DNA of 64,000 nt from an uncultured virus (IMG/VR IMGVR_UViG_3300032456_000001) (Duplodnaviria; Heunggongvirae; Uroviricota; Caudoviricetes). Shown piece after piece: positions 30,903-41,468 of the stretch (positions within the stretch are counted from its first letter, which is position 1; the number at the start of each line of letters is the position of its first letter). A program made the translations under genes and the position numbers. The stretch lies in IMG/VR virus record IMGVR_UViG_3300032456_000001; one strand, written 5' to 3'. The notes beneath the pieces were generated by a model. It saw only the letters and a program-made list of their open reading frames with translations, searched no databases and was not told the DNA's origin.

Positions 30903-31601
30903 ATGGCTGTAAAACTGGCTTCTCACGCTCCGGTAGAAGGAAAGGCAACCGAGATATATGTTGCCGTCCTTCCCAAAGGTAAACGAACAAAACCCATAAA
31001 GTCTACGTTAACTGCAACGGCAGCCGCGAAGGGTGCAACTTCAATCACAGTCGCCGGATTGATTGGGATTATCCAGAAAGGCCAATACTTAATGTTTGTG
31101 GGAACTGATGGCGAAGAATTTCTCTGTCAAGTTAATACAACTACTGAGGCCAATGCAACCTCCCTAACTGTTGTAGTTTTACCTGAAGCAATTCCTACTG
31201 GCGCAATTGCCGAATTCCCTACCTATATTTGGGATAGAAAAAGTGCCGACCTTGACCGGAGTTACAATTTCTCTGGCGTGACCACGTTTAATACTGGTGG
31301 CTCTCAAGACGGTATCATCACAGGCGTTGAGAAAAAAATCTCGTTACCTGGCTTGTACTATTTTAAGAACGCAGGTTATAAAACAATCAAATGGTGTGCT
31401 GAGAATGACCGCGAATTTTGGATGATTCGCGAAATGCCCGCGCCTACTGATGGCTATACGGCAGGCGACCGTATTGAAGGCCCTGCCGTTTGTACTGGTA
31501 TCAAGGAAGGCGCGCCGGACGATGGGTTCGTCAACGCAGATATGGATGTAACCCTACTTGGAAAGATAGTTGAAACAGACCCAATTCCCGTAGTTGTTTA
31601 A
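30903..31601 (+). CDS. Major tail tube protein
   Basis: Position before the chaperone pair; C-terminal EGPAVCT...DGFVNADMDVTLLG. Confidence 0.7.
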   Translation: MAVKLASHAPVEGKATEIYVAVLPKGKRTKPIKSTLTATAAAKGATSITVAGLIGIIQKGQYLMFVGTDGEEFLCQVNTTTEANATSLTVVVLPEAIPTGAIAEFPTYIWDRKSADLDRSYNFSGVTTFNTGGSQDGIITGVEKKISLPGLYYFKNAGYKTIKWCAENDREFWMIREMPAPTDGYTAGDRIEGPAVCTGIKEGAPDDGFVNADMDVTLLGKIVETDPIPVVV

Positions 31602-31833
31602 GCTTATGCGGCAATTTTTTAGGTGCTTGCGTTCCTTGGATGTATTTGCTTGTCATTGTTGGGCTACCGAGGGCAATGTACAGGTCGGAATTCTGTTAGT
31701 AAGAAAAACCAAAATCCAAGGAACCGTTTGCATTTTAAAAGATGGTGATTCTGTCAAACAAATAACGGTTCGATTACCTGACAGTTTAAATCTTGTGAAT
31801 CTGAATATTGAGCTACCAATCAATCACTAAATT

Positions 31834-32292
31834 ATGCCAGAAGATAACTTATTCCCGTTCAAATCTTATCAAGAAGACCCCGGCACTCACGCGGTATCCG
31901 ATGGTATTGGCAATGAAATTATATTACCAAAATACGGTAGTTTAACCTGGATTGAGGAAGACTTACTTAACACGTACATCCTCAACGCAGAAAAAGATAA
32001 GGACGGTCAAAAGCTACCTATGAGCGCGGCTGAATCAGAAATTGTTTCTCAACTTTTGCAGTTTCGGGCTGGCAAGAAGCCAAACGAGTTTTTGTCGAAA
32101 GAAGAAGTTTTGGTTATGCCGTCCAAAAGTGGTAAAGCCAAGCGTCCGATGTCATCGCTGTTAGTTCATGCCATCTATGAATATTTCACGATTGATGAAA
32201 AAAGTGGATGGAAAGAACGCAAGCTAGAAGTTCCTCCATCGCCAGAGCAGCAAGCTGAAATAGATGCTGTAGCCAAGCCTGAAAAAAAATAG
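31834..32292 (+). CDS. Tail assembly chaperone (G)
   Basis: Ends GAA AAA AAA TAG, a slippery site. Confidence 0.7.
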   Translation: MPEDNLFPFKSYQEDPGTHAVSDGIGNEIILPKYGSLTWIEEDLLNTYILNAEKDKDGQKLPMSAAESEIVSQLLQFRAGKKPNEFLSKEEVLVMPSKSGKAKRPMSSLLVHAIYEYFTIDEKSGWKERKLEVPPSPEQQAEIDAVAKPEKK

Positions 32293-32654
32293 ATTGGGCT
32301 GGATATTGGTGGAAGTTGCAATTCTATTTCCCCAATGATGCTCGATTTAATGCTGATAATTTTGCATATCAACCATTGACTTTCGTGTTTCAAGCCTTGA
32401 GGGCGATTGATAAACATTTACTAGAGAATGCCAATCAAAGTGCTATCCCAATCGCAGGTCTAGGAGTCGCAACCTTGTCCTCTCAGGGAGTTAAAAACCC
32501 AAAGATTGAATGGTTTAACCCTTACGCTAAAATGCTTGAAAGTTTTGATGAAATGGATGCCGGAATTCCAGGCTATGTATCTGAAACATTCTCTCAGTTA
32601 TCGAAAGAAGGAAAAGTCCCAAGCTGGGCAACCAACTATTTGGAGATTGATTAA
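32289..32654 (+). CDS. Tail assembly chaperone -1 frameshift extension (T)
   Basis: The -1 frame is open from the A run (IDWAGYWWKLQFYFP...) and has no ATG start. Confidence 0.7.
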   Translation: MDWAGYWWKLQFYFPNDARFNADNFAYQPLTFVFQALRAIDKHLLENANQSAIPIAGLGVATLSSQGVKNPKIEWFNPYAKMLESFDEMDAGIPGYVSETFSQLSKEGKVPSWATNYLEID

Positions 32655-32995
32655 TGTCACTGCAAGAATTGGAAAACAAAATCGAGCAAGCTTTTAAACA
32701 AACCTCTTTTCAGTTTGGGGCGGAGATGACGCAAGTTATTTCTGAACCTGGCGCTTTTCCAGATTACAGTGGCGATATCGTGGACACAGGAGCGTTCAGA
32801 GCTAGTCAACTAACACTTTTCCCCACTAGGTTTCTCGCTGATTATATATGGGGTGTTAACTATGCAATCTACCTCCACGAAGGAGTAACTTACCGGAATG
32901 GAAGCAGTAGACCGGGCAGACCTTGGACTTGGGAAGCGTTGAGACGGTTTGATTGGGAAAGGAAGTTTGCAGAAAACCTACGGAGGTTGTCATAA
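32654..32995 (+). CDS. HK97 gp10-like tail/neck protein
   Basis: IVDTGAFRAS, YAIYLHEG, PGRPW. Confidence 0.75.
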   Translation: MSLQELENKIEQAFKQTSFQFGAEMTQVISEPGAFPDYSGDIVDTGAFRASQLTLFPTRFLADYIWGVNYAIYLHEGVTYRNGSSRPGRPWTWEALRRFDWERKFAENLRRLS

Positions 32996-33057
32996 AGGTT
33001 CGCGAAACACATAAACAATTGATCTAGATTCACTACATTGAAACCTCTATTACTACA

Positions 33058-33507
33058 GTGGAAATCATTGGCTGGAACGCGACTAACGTTGACCTTGATT
33101 TATTTAGCAATTGTTTACAGCTATTGCTATATGTGTCTATCATATTAAGTACAATCAATATTGTTGCTTTTCTTTTCCTGTTGAAAAAAGTTAGAAAACT
33201 TGAAGGTGCTTATGCAATACTTGTCAAATTGGTTGATGCGGCGAAAACGAAGACTCAAGAAAACCAGAACAATGTAAACAAACTTCTTCGCAAAGTCGAA
33301 CCAAATGCCAACAATATTGAAATGCTTCAACAGCAAATGGCTTTAGTCCATGAACTATTAGGAACGGTCATGGGTGCTAGTGACTTCATCGCGGGTGGAT
33401 ATGATTCACCCGCAGACAGAGTAGAAGGGCTAAGAGAAAAGCTTAAATGGGAGAGAGAAAGACGACGACTAAATCAAGTTAACGAGTCCGACTTTTATGA
33501 GGGTTGA
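33058..33507 (+). CDS. Membrane-anchored coiled-coil protein (lysis accessory?)
   Basis: One hydrophobic segment plus coiled coil, in the lysis region. Confidence 0.45.
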   Translation: MEIIGWNATNVDLDLFSNCLQLLLYVSIILSTINIVAFLFLLKKVRKLEGAYAILVKLVDAAKTKTQENQNNVNKLLRKVEPNANNIEMLQQQMALVHELLGTVMGASDFIAGGYDSPADRVEGLREKLKWERERRRLNQVNESDFYEG

Positions 33508-33512
33508 GATAA

Positions 33513-33932
33513 ATGAAGCAGTTATTTTTAGCGGATTATGTAATTGTCACTATGGCGACAAGCGCTATATTGATAATAATTAGTTATATGCTTTTGACCT
33601 GGACAAATAAAACAATCCCAACAGACTTAATCGCATTGCTTGGTAGTTTTGGTGGAGGAAGCGTTATGTCTAGTGTATTCAAGGCGACAGGTCTTAAACA
33701 AGAATCAAAAGTAAAACTATCAACCGTTGATTATGCGCTGGTAGGCTTAGCCATTGCTATGGTAACTGCGGTTATCAACTACAACTTGCTAATATGGGTA
33801 GGCCGCGAAATCCCCTCTCAGATGATAGTTGCAATCAATACTATGGTGACAATAGTAGTATCTGGAACCACTTTCAGAAATTCTAACACCGTAAAAGATG
33901 ACTCATTAGAAGAGATTGACAACAATAATTAA
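33513..33932 (+). CDS. Putative holin (4 TM, internal duplication)
   Basis: Two DY...LL.W...IP units; upstream of the peptidase gene. Confidence 0.5.
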   Translation: MKQLFLADYVIVTMATSAILIIISYMLLTWTNKTIPTDLIALLGSFGGGSVMSSVFKATGLKQESKVKLSTVDYALVGLAIAMVTAVINYNLLIWVGREIPSQMIVAINTMVTIVVSGTTFRNSNTVKDDSLEEIDNNN

Positions 33933-34198
33933 AATCGTAAAATTTTACAGATTTAATTCTGAAGAACAGTGCCAGAATATCAAGTTTCTCAAGTATTGGA
34001 AAATCCAGAGGTCACCTTACAAGAATTGCTGTATGCTTTAGAAGATATGTCGATTCAATATGGGTACATATCGGGAATGGCGGCACATGGATTAAGGGAA
34101 AATGCTGAAGCTGACCTAGTAAGAACTCTCTGTATCATTAAAATAATTAAACTACGAATTCATAAAAAAGTTAAAAAGTTCAATTACCGTGAGAATTT

Positions 34199-34795
34199 AT
34201 GACTACTAAAAAGCTGTTAAATGTTGACCACTTTGACCAAACTGATAACGATTCTAACTTGTTTGGGCCGGGTTCGAGACAGTGCGGCATGACATCGAAT
34301 GCGGGGGCTGCAAATTACATTTTGAAGCGTCACGGATTAGAGTCGCTGACTGATGCGGCGAAACGTTTAGGTTACAGCGAGGGAGAGTCCTATTATGGCC
34401 GCATATTGAACACTTTCGGGGATACGACAGACCATACCGCAAACACTCGCGCACTCGCAGAACTAGGGCTGGAATCATACTTCAGCACGTCGCTAAATAT
34501 TGACCATGTAATCGCCTCCATTGACGCAGATATGCCTATGCCAGCGGGACTTATTTACAAGAAAGACGGACATATTGTTTGCATAGTTGGATACGATAGA
34601 AACACCAAGCAAATCATTGTAAATGACCCATACGGTGTCCGCGAAGGTGCTCAGAACTTCTATCGGAAAATTGGGGGCTATACTGGCAAGAATGACCGCT
34701 ACAGCTTTGACTTGATGCGTGAACTTTGGGCTAATCCGAGCGATGGCTGGGGACGGGTGTTTACTCGCGTCAACGGCAAACCTACAGGACTGTGA
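34199..34795 (+). CDS. C39-like cysteine peptidase (putative endolysin)
   Basis: RQCGMTS, GHIVCIVGYD, IVNDPYG. Confidence 0.8.
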   Translation: MTTKKLLNVDHFDQTDNDSNLFGPGSRQCGMTSNAGAANYILKRHGLESLTDAAKRLGYSEGESYYGRILNTFGDTTDHTANTRALAELGLESYFSTSLNIDHVIASIDADMPMPAGLIYKKDGHIVCIVGYDRNTKQIIVNDPYGVREGAQNFYRKIGGYTGKNDRYSFDLMRELWANPSDGWGRVFTRVNGKPTGL

Positions 34796-34805
34796 ATCTG
34801 TACGC

Positions 34806-34845
34806 AAAAGCCCCGCAACTAACTAGCTAGTTGCGGGGCTTCTTT
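34806..34845. terminator. Bidirectional terminator
   Basis: aagccccgcaacta...tagttgcggggctt between convergent genes. Confidence 0.8.
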
Positions 34846-34953
34846 ATTTTCTCAATGTGTTGAGCAGTGATTCAATCAGGGGCATTAATAGTGAGCAAAT
34901 GTAGCTAGATGCTGCTCAAAGTCCTTGACCCGCACACTGAAGCTATTCTCAGC

Positions 34954-36337
34954 TTGACATCCTCCCTACTGATGAATCAGGGGGATTCCAATCTACCCAA
35001 ACAACGAAAGCTGTCTAGGGAACTGGTGGGTTGACGCTTCACTGGAAGATGCCACATTAACTGCGGTCTTACTCCGTCCTCCACGTCCGTTTATAGTCTC
35101 AGGCAATCCGCCCGCGACTTTTATATTAATCGCTGCATTCTCATCTCGGTCGTGAACCGCCCCACAAAACAAGCAAGTCCATTCGCGAACTGAAAGCTCT
35201 TTCTTTCCACCAATTTGTCCACAACAAGAGCATCGTTGGCTAGTTGGTTCCCAGCGACTGATAACTCTAAAGTCTCTGCCGTACATTTCTGATTTGGCTT
35301 CCAGTATTGTCCGAAAACTTCGCCAGCCCAAATCAGAAATAGCACGGGATAACTTACGGTTTTTTATCATACCGGAAACGTTGAGGTCTTCTAGGATTAT
35401 CGCTTGGTTCTCACGAATAATCCTGGTACTCAATTTGTGCAAGAAATCGTTACGGATATCGGAGATTTTGGCGTGAATTTTTGCAACCTTCCGACGCGCT
35501 AATTCTCTCCGCTTGCTTCCTTTTTTCTTTCTAGCTAACTTGCGTTGTGCCTTGTGAAGCTTCCTTAGATTCTTTTTGAGAGGCTTGGGAGCCTTCACTT
35601 TCTCGCCTGTACTCATGGTTGCGAAATCAGTTATACCGAGGTCTATACCAACTGATTGCCCGTTGTCGGGTAGTTTCGTCGGAGCGACTTCAACTACAAA
35701 GCTGATAAAGTATCGGTTCGCAGCATCTTTAATTACCGTGACCGAGCTTGGCGGGGATGGCAACTCTCTTGACCAGACGACTTTGAGTTTTCCAATTTTA
35801 GCAAGATAGATTTTCCCATGTTTAATAGAGAAGCCTCCGATTCTGAATCGTGCCGACTGTCTGCTGTTACGCTTTTTGAACTTGGGACGACTAATTCTCC
35901 GACCTTTTCGCGTACTTTTTAGCGAGTCAAAGTAGTTCTTCCAAGCTACTCCTAAATCAGCAATTGATTGCTGAAGGGGAATGTTTGAAACTTCCGCTAG
36001 CCATTCCCGTTCTTCCGACTTCTTGGCTTGAGTAATGAATGTTTTTTGTAAATCTCCATTACTGGGTAGTTTCTCGGATGAATTGCACGATGCTAGCGAA
36101 TCGTTCCATACAACACGACAGCATCCAAACAATTTAGCAAGACTATAAACTTGCGGAGAAGTTGGATATATGCGGTACTTATATCGTTGTTTCATAGAAC
36201 TATTTTAACAGTAAAAAAAACCATTAATACAAATAGATATTAAGAATACGACTCATTTGAAGAAACAAAAGAAGGCGGTTGAAACCGCTGCCGACTTTTC
36301 CCGTGTTTAAAGCCAGGGGCTTGCGTCTCGCACTTCG
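34954..36337 (-). mobile_element. IS200/IS605-family non-autonomous (tnpB-only) element
   Basis: Left end follows TTGAC (36342-36338) with a subterminal hairpin; right end hairpin ends TCAA at 34954; no tnpA. Confidence 0.85.
34993..36195 (-). CDS. tnpB: RNA-guided endonuclease TnpB
   Basis: YKYRIYPT, GIDLG, ILEDLNV, CSCC/CLFC, HDRDENAAINI. Confidence 0.96.
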   Translation of the reverse strand: MKQRYKYRIYPTSPQVYSLAKLFGCCRVVWNDSLASCNSSEKLPSNGDLQKTFITQAKKSEEREWLAEVSNIPLQQSIADLGVAWKNYFDSLKSTRKGRRISRPKFKKRNSRQSARFRIGGFSIKHGKIYLAKIGKLKVVWSRELPSPPSSVTVIKDAANRYFISFVVEVAPTKLPDNGQSVGIDLGITDFATMSTGEKVKAPKPLKKNLRKLHKAQRKLARKKKGSKRRELARRKVAKIHAKISDIRNDFLHKLSTRIIRENQAIILEDLNVSGMIKNRKLSRAISDLGWRSFRTILEAKSEMYGRDFRVISRWEPTSQRCSCCGQIGGKKELSVREWTCLFCGAVHDRDENAAINIKVAGGLPETINGRGGRSKTAVNVASSSEASTHQFPRQLSLFG

Positions 36338-36499
36338 GTCAATACCGCAAACGGTCGCTTCTACTAACTTAGCTTCTGTAACCGTACCTGTGAATTGCTC
36401 GGTCTTTGTTGTGGTTTTCGTGGCTTGCATGGTTTTAGTGTGTGGTAATTTGAAGTGGTTAGAATTGAACGGGGCTAATTAAGCCCCGATTGCTATTAG

Positions 36500-37152
36500 T
36501 TAGTCAATGTCGTCAATGGCAATGCCGTTGCATTCAAGTTGCTGGTCAAGGTCAAAGCCTTCCCAGTTTCCTGTTAGTTCATCGCCTGATTTTAGAGCTT
36601 CAACACCCCAACCGCATCCAACTGCCCAGTAGAGTCCAGCTTTGTCTTGACCCCATCGGAGATGCCATCCTTTAACGTCGGAACGGCTAGCAATAGCTTT
36701 GCCAATTTCTATTCCTATTCCCGTCAACTCTTGAATTATGATTTTGAACTGTCTGCTTTGAACGGGGCGGTCAGGAAAAGAAGTATCGCCAAAAACAAGT
36801 TTTTGGTAGTCTTTCGTTTCAGCTTTAGCGCATGACTGAGTACGCTTGGACTGCTTTACAACTTGCGGAGTTTTAACTTCAGTTTGTGTAGCACATTCGT
36901 CTTCCTCGTCTTCCATAAACTTGAATTTAGCGTCAATCGCCACTTTAAATGCAGCAATTTCCTTTAATCCAAACTCATTAGACAGTCCGACTAGACACAA
37001 CCTGTCAAGAACCTTATCAATCGCTACCAATGCAGCGTCGCAGGCAGGCTTAACTGACGCTAGCAGTTCTCGACGGTCTTGCGCTTCCGCTAGCTTGGAT
37101 TGCAACTCGGTAATCTCTGCGTCAATTTGAGCAAGTTTAGCTTGAGTGTTCA
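36500..37152 (-). CDS. Hypothetical protein with N-terminal coiled coil
   Basis: Start MNTQAK preferred because it lies downstream of the promoter at ~37240; C-terminus resembles ORF 38283-38588 (W.L.W....A.L.W....GW.V). Confidence 0.5.
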
Positions 37153-37638
37153 TTTGGTTTTCGTGGTTCAGTTCGGTGTGTGTCGGGCAGTGGTTTGCTT
37201 CCCAACTAATAACAGTATAGGCTACCCGATTAGAATTGTCAAGTGTTTTGTAAAAGTATTTTGCCGACACGCTCGGAACGTATGTGGTACAACGGTTTCA
37301 GTGGATAAGCTTAACTGGTTACAATGCTCTAGGTCGCTTGTCGGGAGCGAGTGAGCTTTATTCTGCGTCTCACTCTTCGGTCAATGGTGTCAACTCTTCC
37401 GATATTTCAAATACTGGACTTTTGCCCAATCTTCTTCAGAGTCTAATTTTCTGCGGTTTCCTACTTCTTCGACAAAAGCCCACTGACTGTAATTAAATTT
37501 AGCAATATCTGGCATTGCCACCACCTGTAGGCAATTGCAATAAAAGACGACGATAAGTAGTCCAATGCAATTCAACCTCGGCGATTAGACTTGTTTGGTA
37601 GGGGCGGAGTTGGTAGGATTGAACTGCTGTTGCTGTCA

Positions 37639-38022
37639 TCAATACTTTGGAAAAATATAAGAACCGTTGTCAATCCAGTCTGTCAAGCGTATCAGAACAT
37701 CGGCTGAGGTATGTCCATCCCATTCCGGCGCACACTCCTTGTAGTCCAACCTGTCTTCAGCAATTCCCAGGTACTTATTAGGCAGTTGATATGTAATTTG
37801 CTTACCTTCTTCTATCTCAACGCCAGCAATAAACCAGCCGCTCCACTCAGACCCGTCACTATGCTTTTTAGAATACCAAGCATTATTAACCAACGTTAAC
37901 AATGCGAGAAACAAGGTGCAGCGATGGTCGTACAATTCATTAAAAGTGTGAAACCCGTCTGACACTTCACCAACTTCGGAAGGTAGAATTAATTTGTTTT
38001 CTGACATAGTACCTATGGACAA
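37639..38022 (-). CDS. WDGH-domain phage protein
   Basis: SDGFHTFNELYDHR, WFIAG, QITY, WDGHT. Confidence 0.8.
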   Translation of the reverse strand: MSIGTMSENKLILPSEVGEVSDGFHTFNELYDHRCTLFLALLTLVNNAWYSKKHSDGSEWSGWFIAGVEIEEGKQITYQLPNKYLGIAEDRLDYKECAPEWDGHTSADVLIRLTDWIDNGSYIFPKY

Positions 38023-38051
38023 AGTACGTTTAGAGCTATTTTACCAGAAAA

Positions 38052-38086
38052 CTGGGTAAAAGCCCCGTCTTTCAAGACGGCTAAAA
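38052..38086. mobile_element. IS200/IS605 end-like palindrome remnant
   Basis: gggtaaaagccccgtctttcaagacggct. Confidence 0.4.
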
Positions 38087-38282
38087 TTACAATTATTCAA
38101 GTCTTTGCCTCATTGAATCCATATTAAAAAATCGGGATGCCTCTTCTCCAGCCACAGTTTGAGCATAGCCAGAGACAATCCATCTGGTTTAACATCGTGA
38201 AAACTACAATAGTTGACCCACTGGTCGTATAAATCAGGATATTCGACCTGCAACTTCGCTAACAATTCAGACATACTTAGTT

Positions 38283-38588
38283 TCAATCCTCACAATACCA
38301 CAAATAAGTGTTAACTCCTCTTCCTCTCAAGTATGAATCAATACTAAAATTTCTCCAATTACTGCCTAATGTCTCCCCCTCTACAGGGTCAACATCCCAG
38401 CCATTCTTGTTGCTCCACCACAGTTCTGCTTCTTGCCCTTCCCAGTCCAACATCCAGCGCTTGAGATGTTCAACATCAGAGAGCTGTTCTTTTACGCTAA
38501 CTCCAATAAAGCTCAACTCTCTTTTTATTATCTCTAGTTCTCTGATGTGTTTTTTGTCAGAACCGTGAAAAAGTACATCGGTATTCAT
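38283..38588 (-). CDS. Hypothetical protein, paralog of the 36500-37152 C-terminal domain
   Basis: Shared Trp-rich pattern. Confidence 0.5.
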   Translation of the reverse strand: MNTDVLFHGSDKKHIRELEIIKRELSFIGVSVKEQLSDVEHLKRWMLDWEGQEAELWWSNKNGWDVDPVEGETLGSNWRNFSIDSYLRGRGVNTYLWYCED

Positions 38589-39012
38589 GCTTTGTTTTCC
38601 GTGGTAATTTGCTTACTTTCTTCTATCTCAACGCCAGCAATAAACCAGCCGCTAAGTCTTTTTTGTAAGTAGCATACGCCGACAGGCCGTGCTTCAAGTA
38701 GTAATCGCGCACTTCCGTCCAAGGCGCTTCCGCTCGTATAGGTTTAACGTTAATCCCACTCCCCGAAGCTAATGTACAATAATTAGCACAGTAGCACCAA
38801 CTACTCGGATATACAACTATCCCAACAGTTATCTCGATACCAGGCTCCTGGTGAATTATATTTCTGAAAAAAACACTCCCGTAGCCTAGCGCACCAGTCT
38901 CAAACCATCCAGGCTCATTGAGAACAGGAGCGAACCGAGAATAAAACGCTTTATCGATTGATGACATAGCAATAACTTGCAACTGCATATCAATTATACC
39001 GTGGTTGAACGG

Positions 39013-39681
39013 CTAATCATCATTCCGTTCACCATAGTAGTCTTCATCAAAAATTGTCCTATCTTGCGCTCGTGCAATGTACGCCCGTCGTGCATCGTGT
39101 GCCAGTATCGCGTCCCGTGCTTTGTCTTCCTCTGTATCAACGCTCAATTCCCCAAAGTCTAGGACTAACGAATAAGTGCCTTCCACGGTCTTCTTTTTTG
39201 ACTTTTTGGGTGCATTCTTCTTGTCCTCAGCACGTTTTTCGGCTAGCAATTTCTTTTGTGCCTGTAACTGTGCTACTAATTCCGCTCTTTCTTGAGCTTC
39301 CCTTTCTTGTTTCTGTATCAACTTCCAATATTCACCGACTGAGGTTTTGCGAGTGCGTTCTATTGCTGGAGTATTGACAAAGCAGTCATCGCACCAAGCG
39401 TCAAGTTGTTTTGGCGGGATACTTTGATACAGCTTGGAGAAAACTCCACATTTGCTACACCGTTTAATTTGTACTTTGCTGACTAGCTGCAACTGCCAGT
39501 TAATTTCTTCGATATCTCCAGGTTGTGGTGAGTCGCTACTAGATAGTTGCAACTGCTGGTTAATCTCAATTTCGGATTGCGGTGAGTCGCTATTAGGGAG
39601 TAATTGCACGATATTATTGAAGGAAGTGGCAAATATCATCATTATAGACGATACTGTTAATCTTGTCAAGATATTCGACAC
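39013..39681 (-). CDS. Hypothetical protein with internal repeat and CxxC motifs
   Basis: SDSPQ..IEIN.QLQL twice; CSKC, CDDC. Confidence 0.45.
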   Translation of the reverse strand: MSNILTRLTVSSIMMIFATSFNNIVQLLPNSDSPQSEIEINQQLQLSSSDSPQPGDIEEINWQLQLVSKVQIKRCSKCGVFSKLYQSIPPKQLDAWCDDCFVNTPAIERTRKTSVGEYWKLIQKQEREAQERAELVAQLQAQKKLLAEKRAEDKKNAPKKSKKKTVEGTYSLVLDFGELSVDTEEDKARDAILAHDARRAYIARAQDRTIFDEDYYGERNDD

Positions 39682-39822
39682 TAGGCTTTGATTTCAAGGT
39701 TCAATTCCAATAGGTTTTAGTTTGATTGTGGTAAATTAGTACCGTAACTCATTACGAAACCAATGGTTTTAATCCTCTAGCTCTTCTAGTAACACCATCC
39801 GTAGTGTCAAAGGTTAAATCAA

Positions 39823-40416
39823 ATGGAATCCATACTGGTAAGTATCGAAAAGATTAGACCGTATCATGCTAACGCTAGACTGCACCCACCAGAACAGATA
39901 GAAAAAATCATTCGCTCTATCGGACTGACCGGATTTGACCAACCAATTGTCACAGACAAATCGTTCGTTATTGTTAAAGGACACGGGCGACTGCTAGCTG
40001 CACAAAAGATGGGGTTAACGAAAGTTCCAGTCATCATTTTGGACGTCTCCAAAGATGTTGCGGACAAAGCTCGACTTATTGACAACAAATCCAGTGAATC
40101 GAGTTACGACTTAGAAGTTTTACTGGCAGAAATTAACAGGTTTGAAGACGAGATATTTGACACCGGGTACAACCCCGACGAATTTAAGGAATTACTAAAT
40201 CAGCTAGAAGCAGATACGGCTATAGCTGACTACGACTGGAACAGCTTAGATGACGCGGAGAAAGAGGAAGACAATGAAGACAATGAAGAGGCAACAATCA
40301 CGTTAAAATTTGAAATCCCCGCGAACAAAAAAAGCCTTGTTTTAGGCTTTCTTGGCGTGAAGTCTACTAAACCCAATCTACTCGGCAATGCGTTGTCAAA
40401 ACTATGCGAAAACTAA
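39823..40416 (+). CDS. ParB/Srx-like protein of the DNA-modification module
   Basis: NARLHP, GFDQPIV, GHGRLLAA, LIDNK. Confidence 0.85.
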   Translation: MESILVSIEKIRPYHANARLHPPEQIEKIIRSIGLTGFDQPIVTDKSFVIVKGHGRLLAAQKMGLTKVPVIILDVSKDVADKARLIDNKSSESSYDLEVLLAEINRFEDEIFDTGYNPDEFKELLNQLEADTAIADYDWNSLDDAEKEEDNEDNEEATITLKFEIPANKKSLVLGFLGVKSTKPNLLGNALSKLCEN

Positions 40417-41018
40417 GAGTTCAAGAGATTATCCCTTTAACGGTACAGGGCGAAGGTTTCAACGCAGGTATGCCGTGCAGCTTTGTCCGACTGTTCGGCT
40501 GTCCTGTTGGTTGTTACTTCTGTGACACGGGTTACTCGGCAAACGAGAAGAAGCCGCCAGTTTACCATGAAATGACTACTGATGAAATCAAAACGGAATT
40601 GCTAAGCGATAATGTCGTTGTTACTGGTGGCGAGCCGTTTGTTAATTTAAATTTTGCGTACTTATTACTCGAACTGTTTGACAAGCGAGTTAGTATCGAA
40701 ACTTCTGGGATTAAATTCAGCGATACCTTGACAAATGAGTGGGTAACTCTATCTCCGAAAGAGCATTTAAACAAGGACGCACTAATTGACAGGCGACTTG
40801 CTCAAAGAGCGAATGAATTAAAATTAATAATATCGAAGGAGTCTGATTTTGACTACTATTCAAGCCTAGTTCAACACTTCAAAGAGCAAAGCAAGCCTGT
40901 CTATATTCAGCCTGAATGGGGTATCATGAGTCAGAGCCTTGAGATGTTGATAGGGCTAGCCAATGAAAACGAGGTCAAGCTGTCACTACAAACGCATAAA
41001 TTAATAGGAGTGAGATAA
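40404..41018 (+). CDS. queE: 7-carboxy-7-deazaguanine synthase
   Basis: TVQGEG, FVRLFGCPVGCYFCDT, TGGEP, IETSG, LSPK, SLQTHK. Confidence 0.93.
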   Translation: MRKLRVQEIIPLTVQGEGFNAGMPCSFVRLFGCPVGCYFCDTGYSANEKKPPVYHEMTTDEIKTELLSDNVVVTGGEPFVNLNFAYLLLELFDKRVSIETSGIKFSDTLTNEWVTLSPKEHLNKDALIDRRLAQRANELKLIISKESDFDYYSSLVQHFKEQSKPVYIQPEWGIMSQSLEMLIGLANENEVKLSLQTHKLIGVR

Positions 41019-41063
41019 TCAAAAAGTCGCTTAACAAGTTAAGTAATTACAGGATATAATAGA

Positions 41064-41468
41064 ATGCCTTGGACGATTAGCAAAACTTTCACTTTTGAAG
41101 CTGCACATCAACTGCCTTACCATGATGGGAAATGTCAGCGATTACACGGACATAGTTGGCAGTGTAGCCTCTACCTCGGCAGCAGTCAGTTAATCGAGAC
41201 AGGTAGTAAGCGCCAAATGGTCATGGACTATAGCGATGTCAAGGCTGCATTCAAACCAATACTTGACGACTATTTAGACCATCACTACCTCAATGACACT
41301 TTAGGGCTTGAGTCTCCAACCAGCGAAGCCATTTCTCGCTGGATATATGACCGCGTTAAACCCATTCTTCCCGATTTACTAGGAGTCAAGATTAATGAAA
41401 CCTGCACTTCAAGCTGTTACTACTCACCCGAACCAGAGTCAAGTCCTACTAGAAGCTTTGTTGATTAA
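41064..41468 (+). CDS. queD: 6-carboxytetrahydropterin synthase
   Basis: FEAAHQL, CQRLHGHSW, LDHHYLND, PTSE. Confidence 0.95.
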   Translation: MPWTISKTFTFEAAHQLPYHDGKCQRLHGHSWQCSLYLGSSQLIETGSKRQMVMDYSDVKAAFKPILDDYLDHHYLNDTLGLESPTSEAISRWIYDRVKPILPDLLGVKINETCTSSCYYSPEPESSPTRSFVD

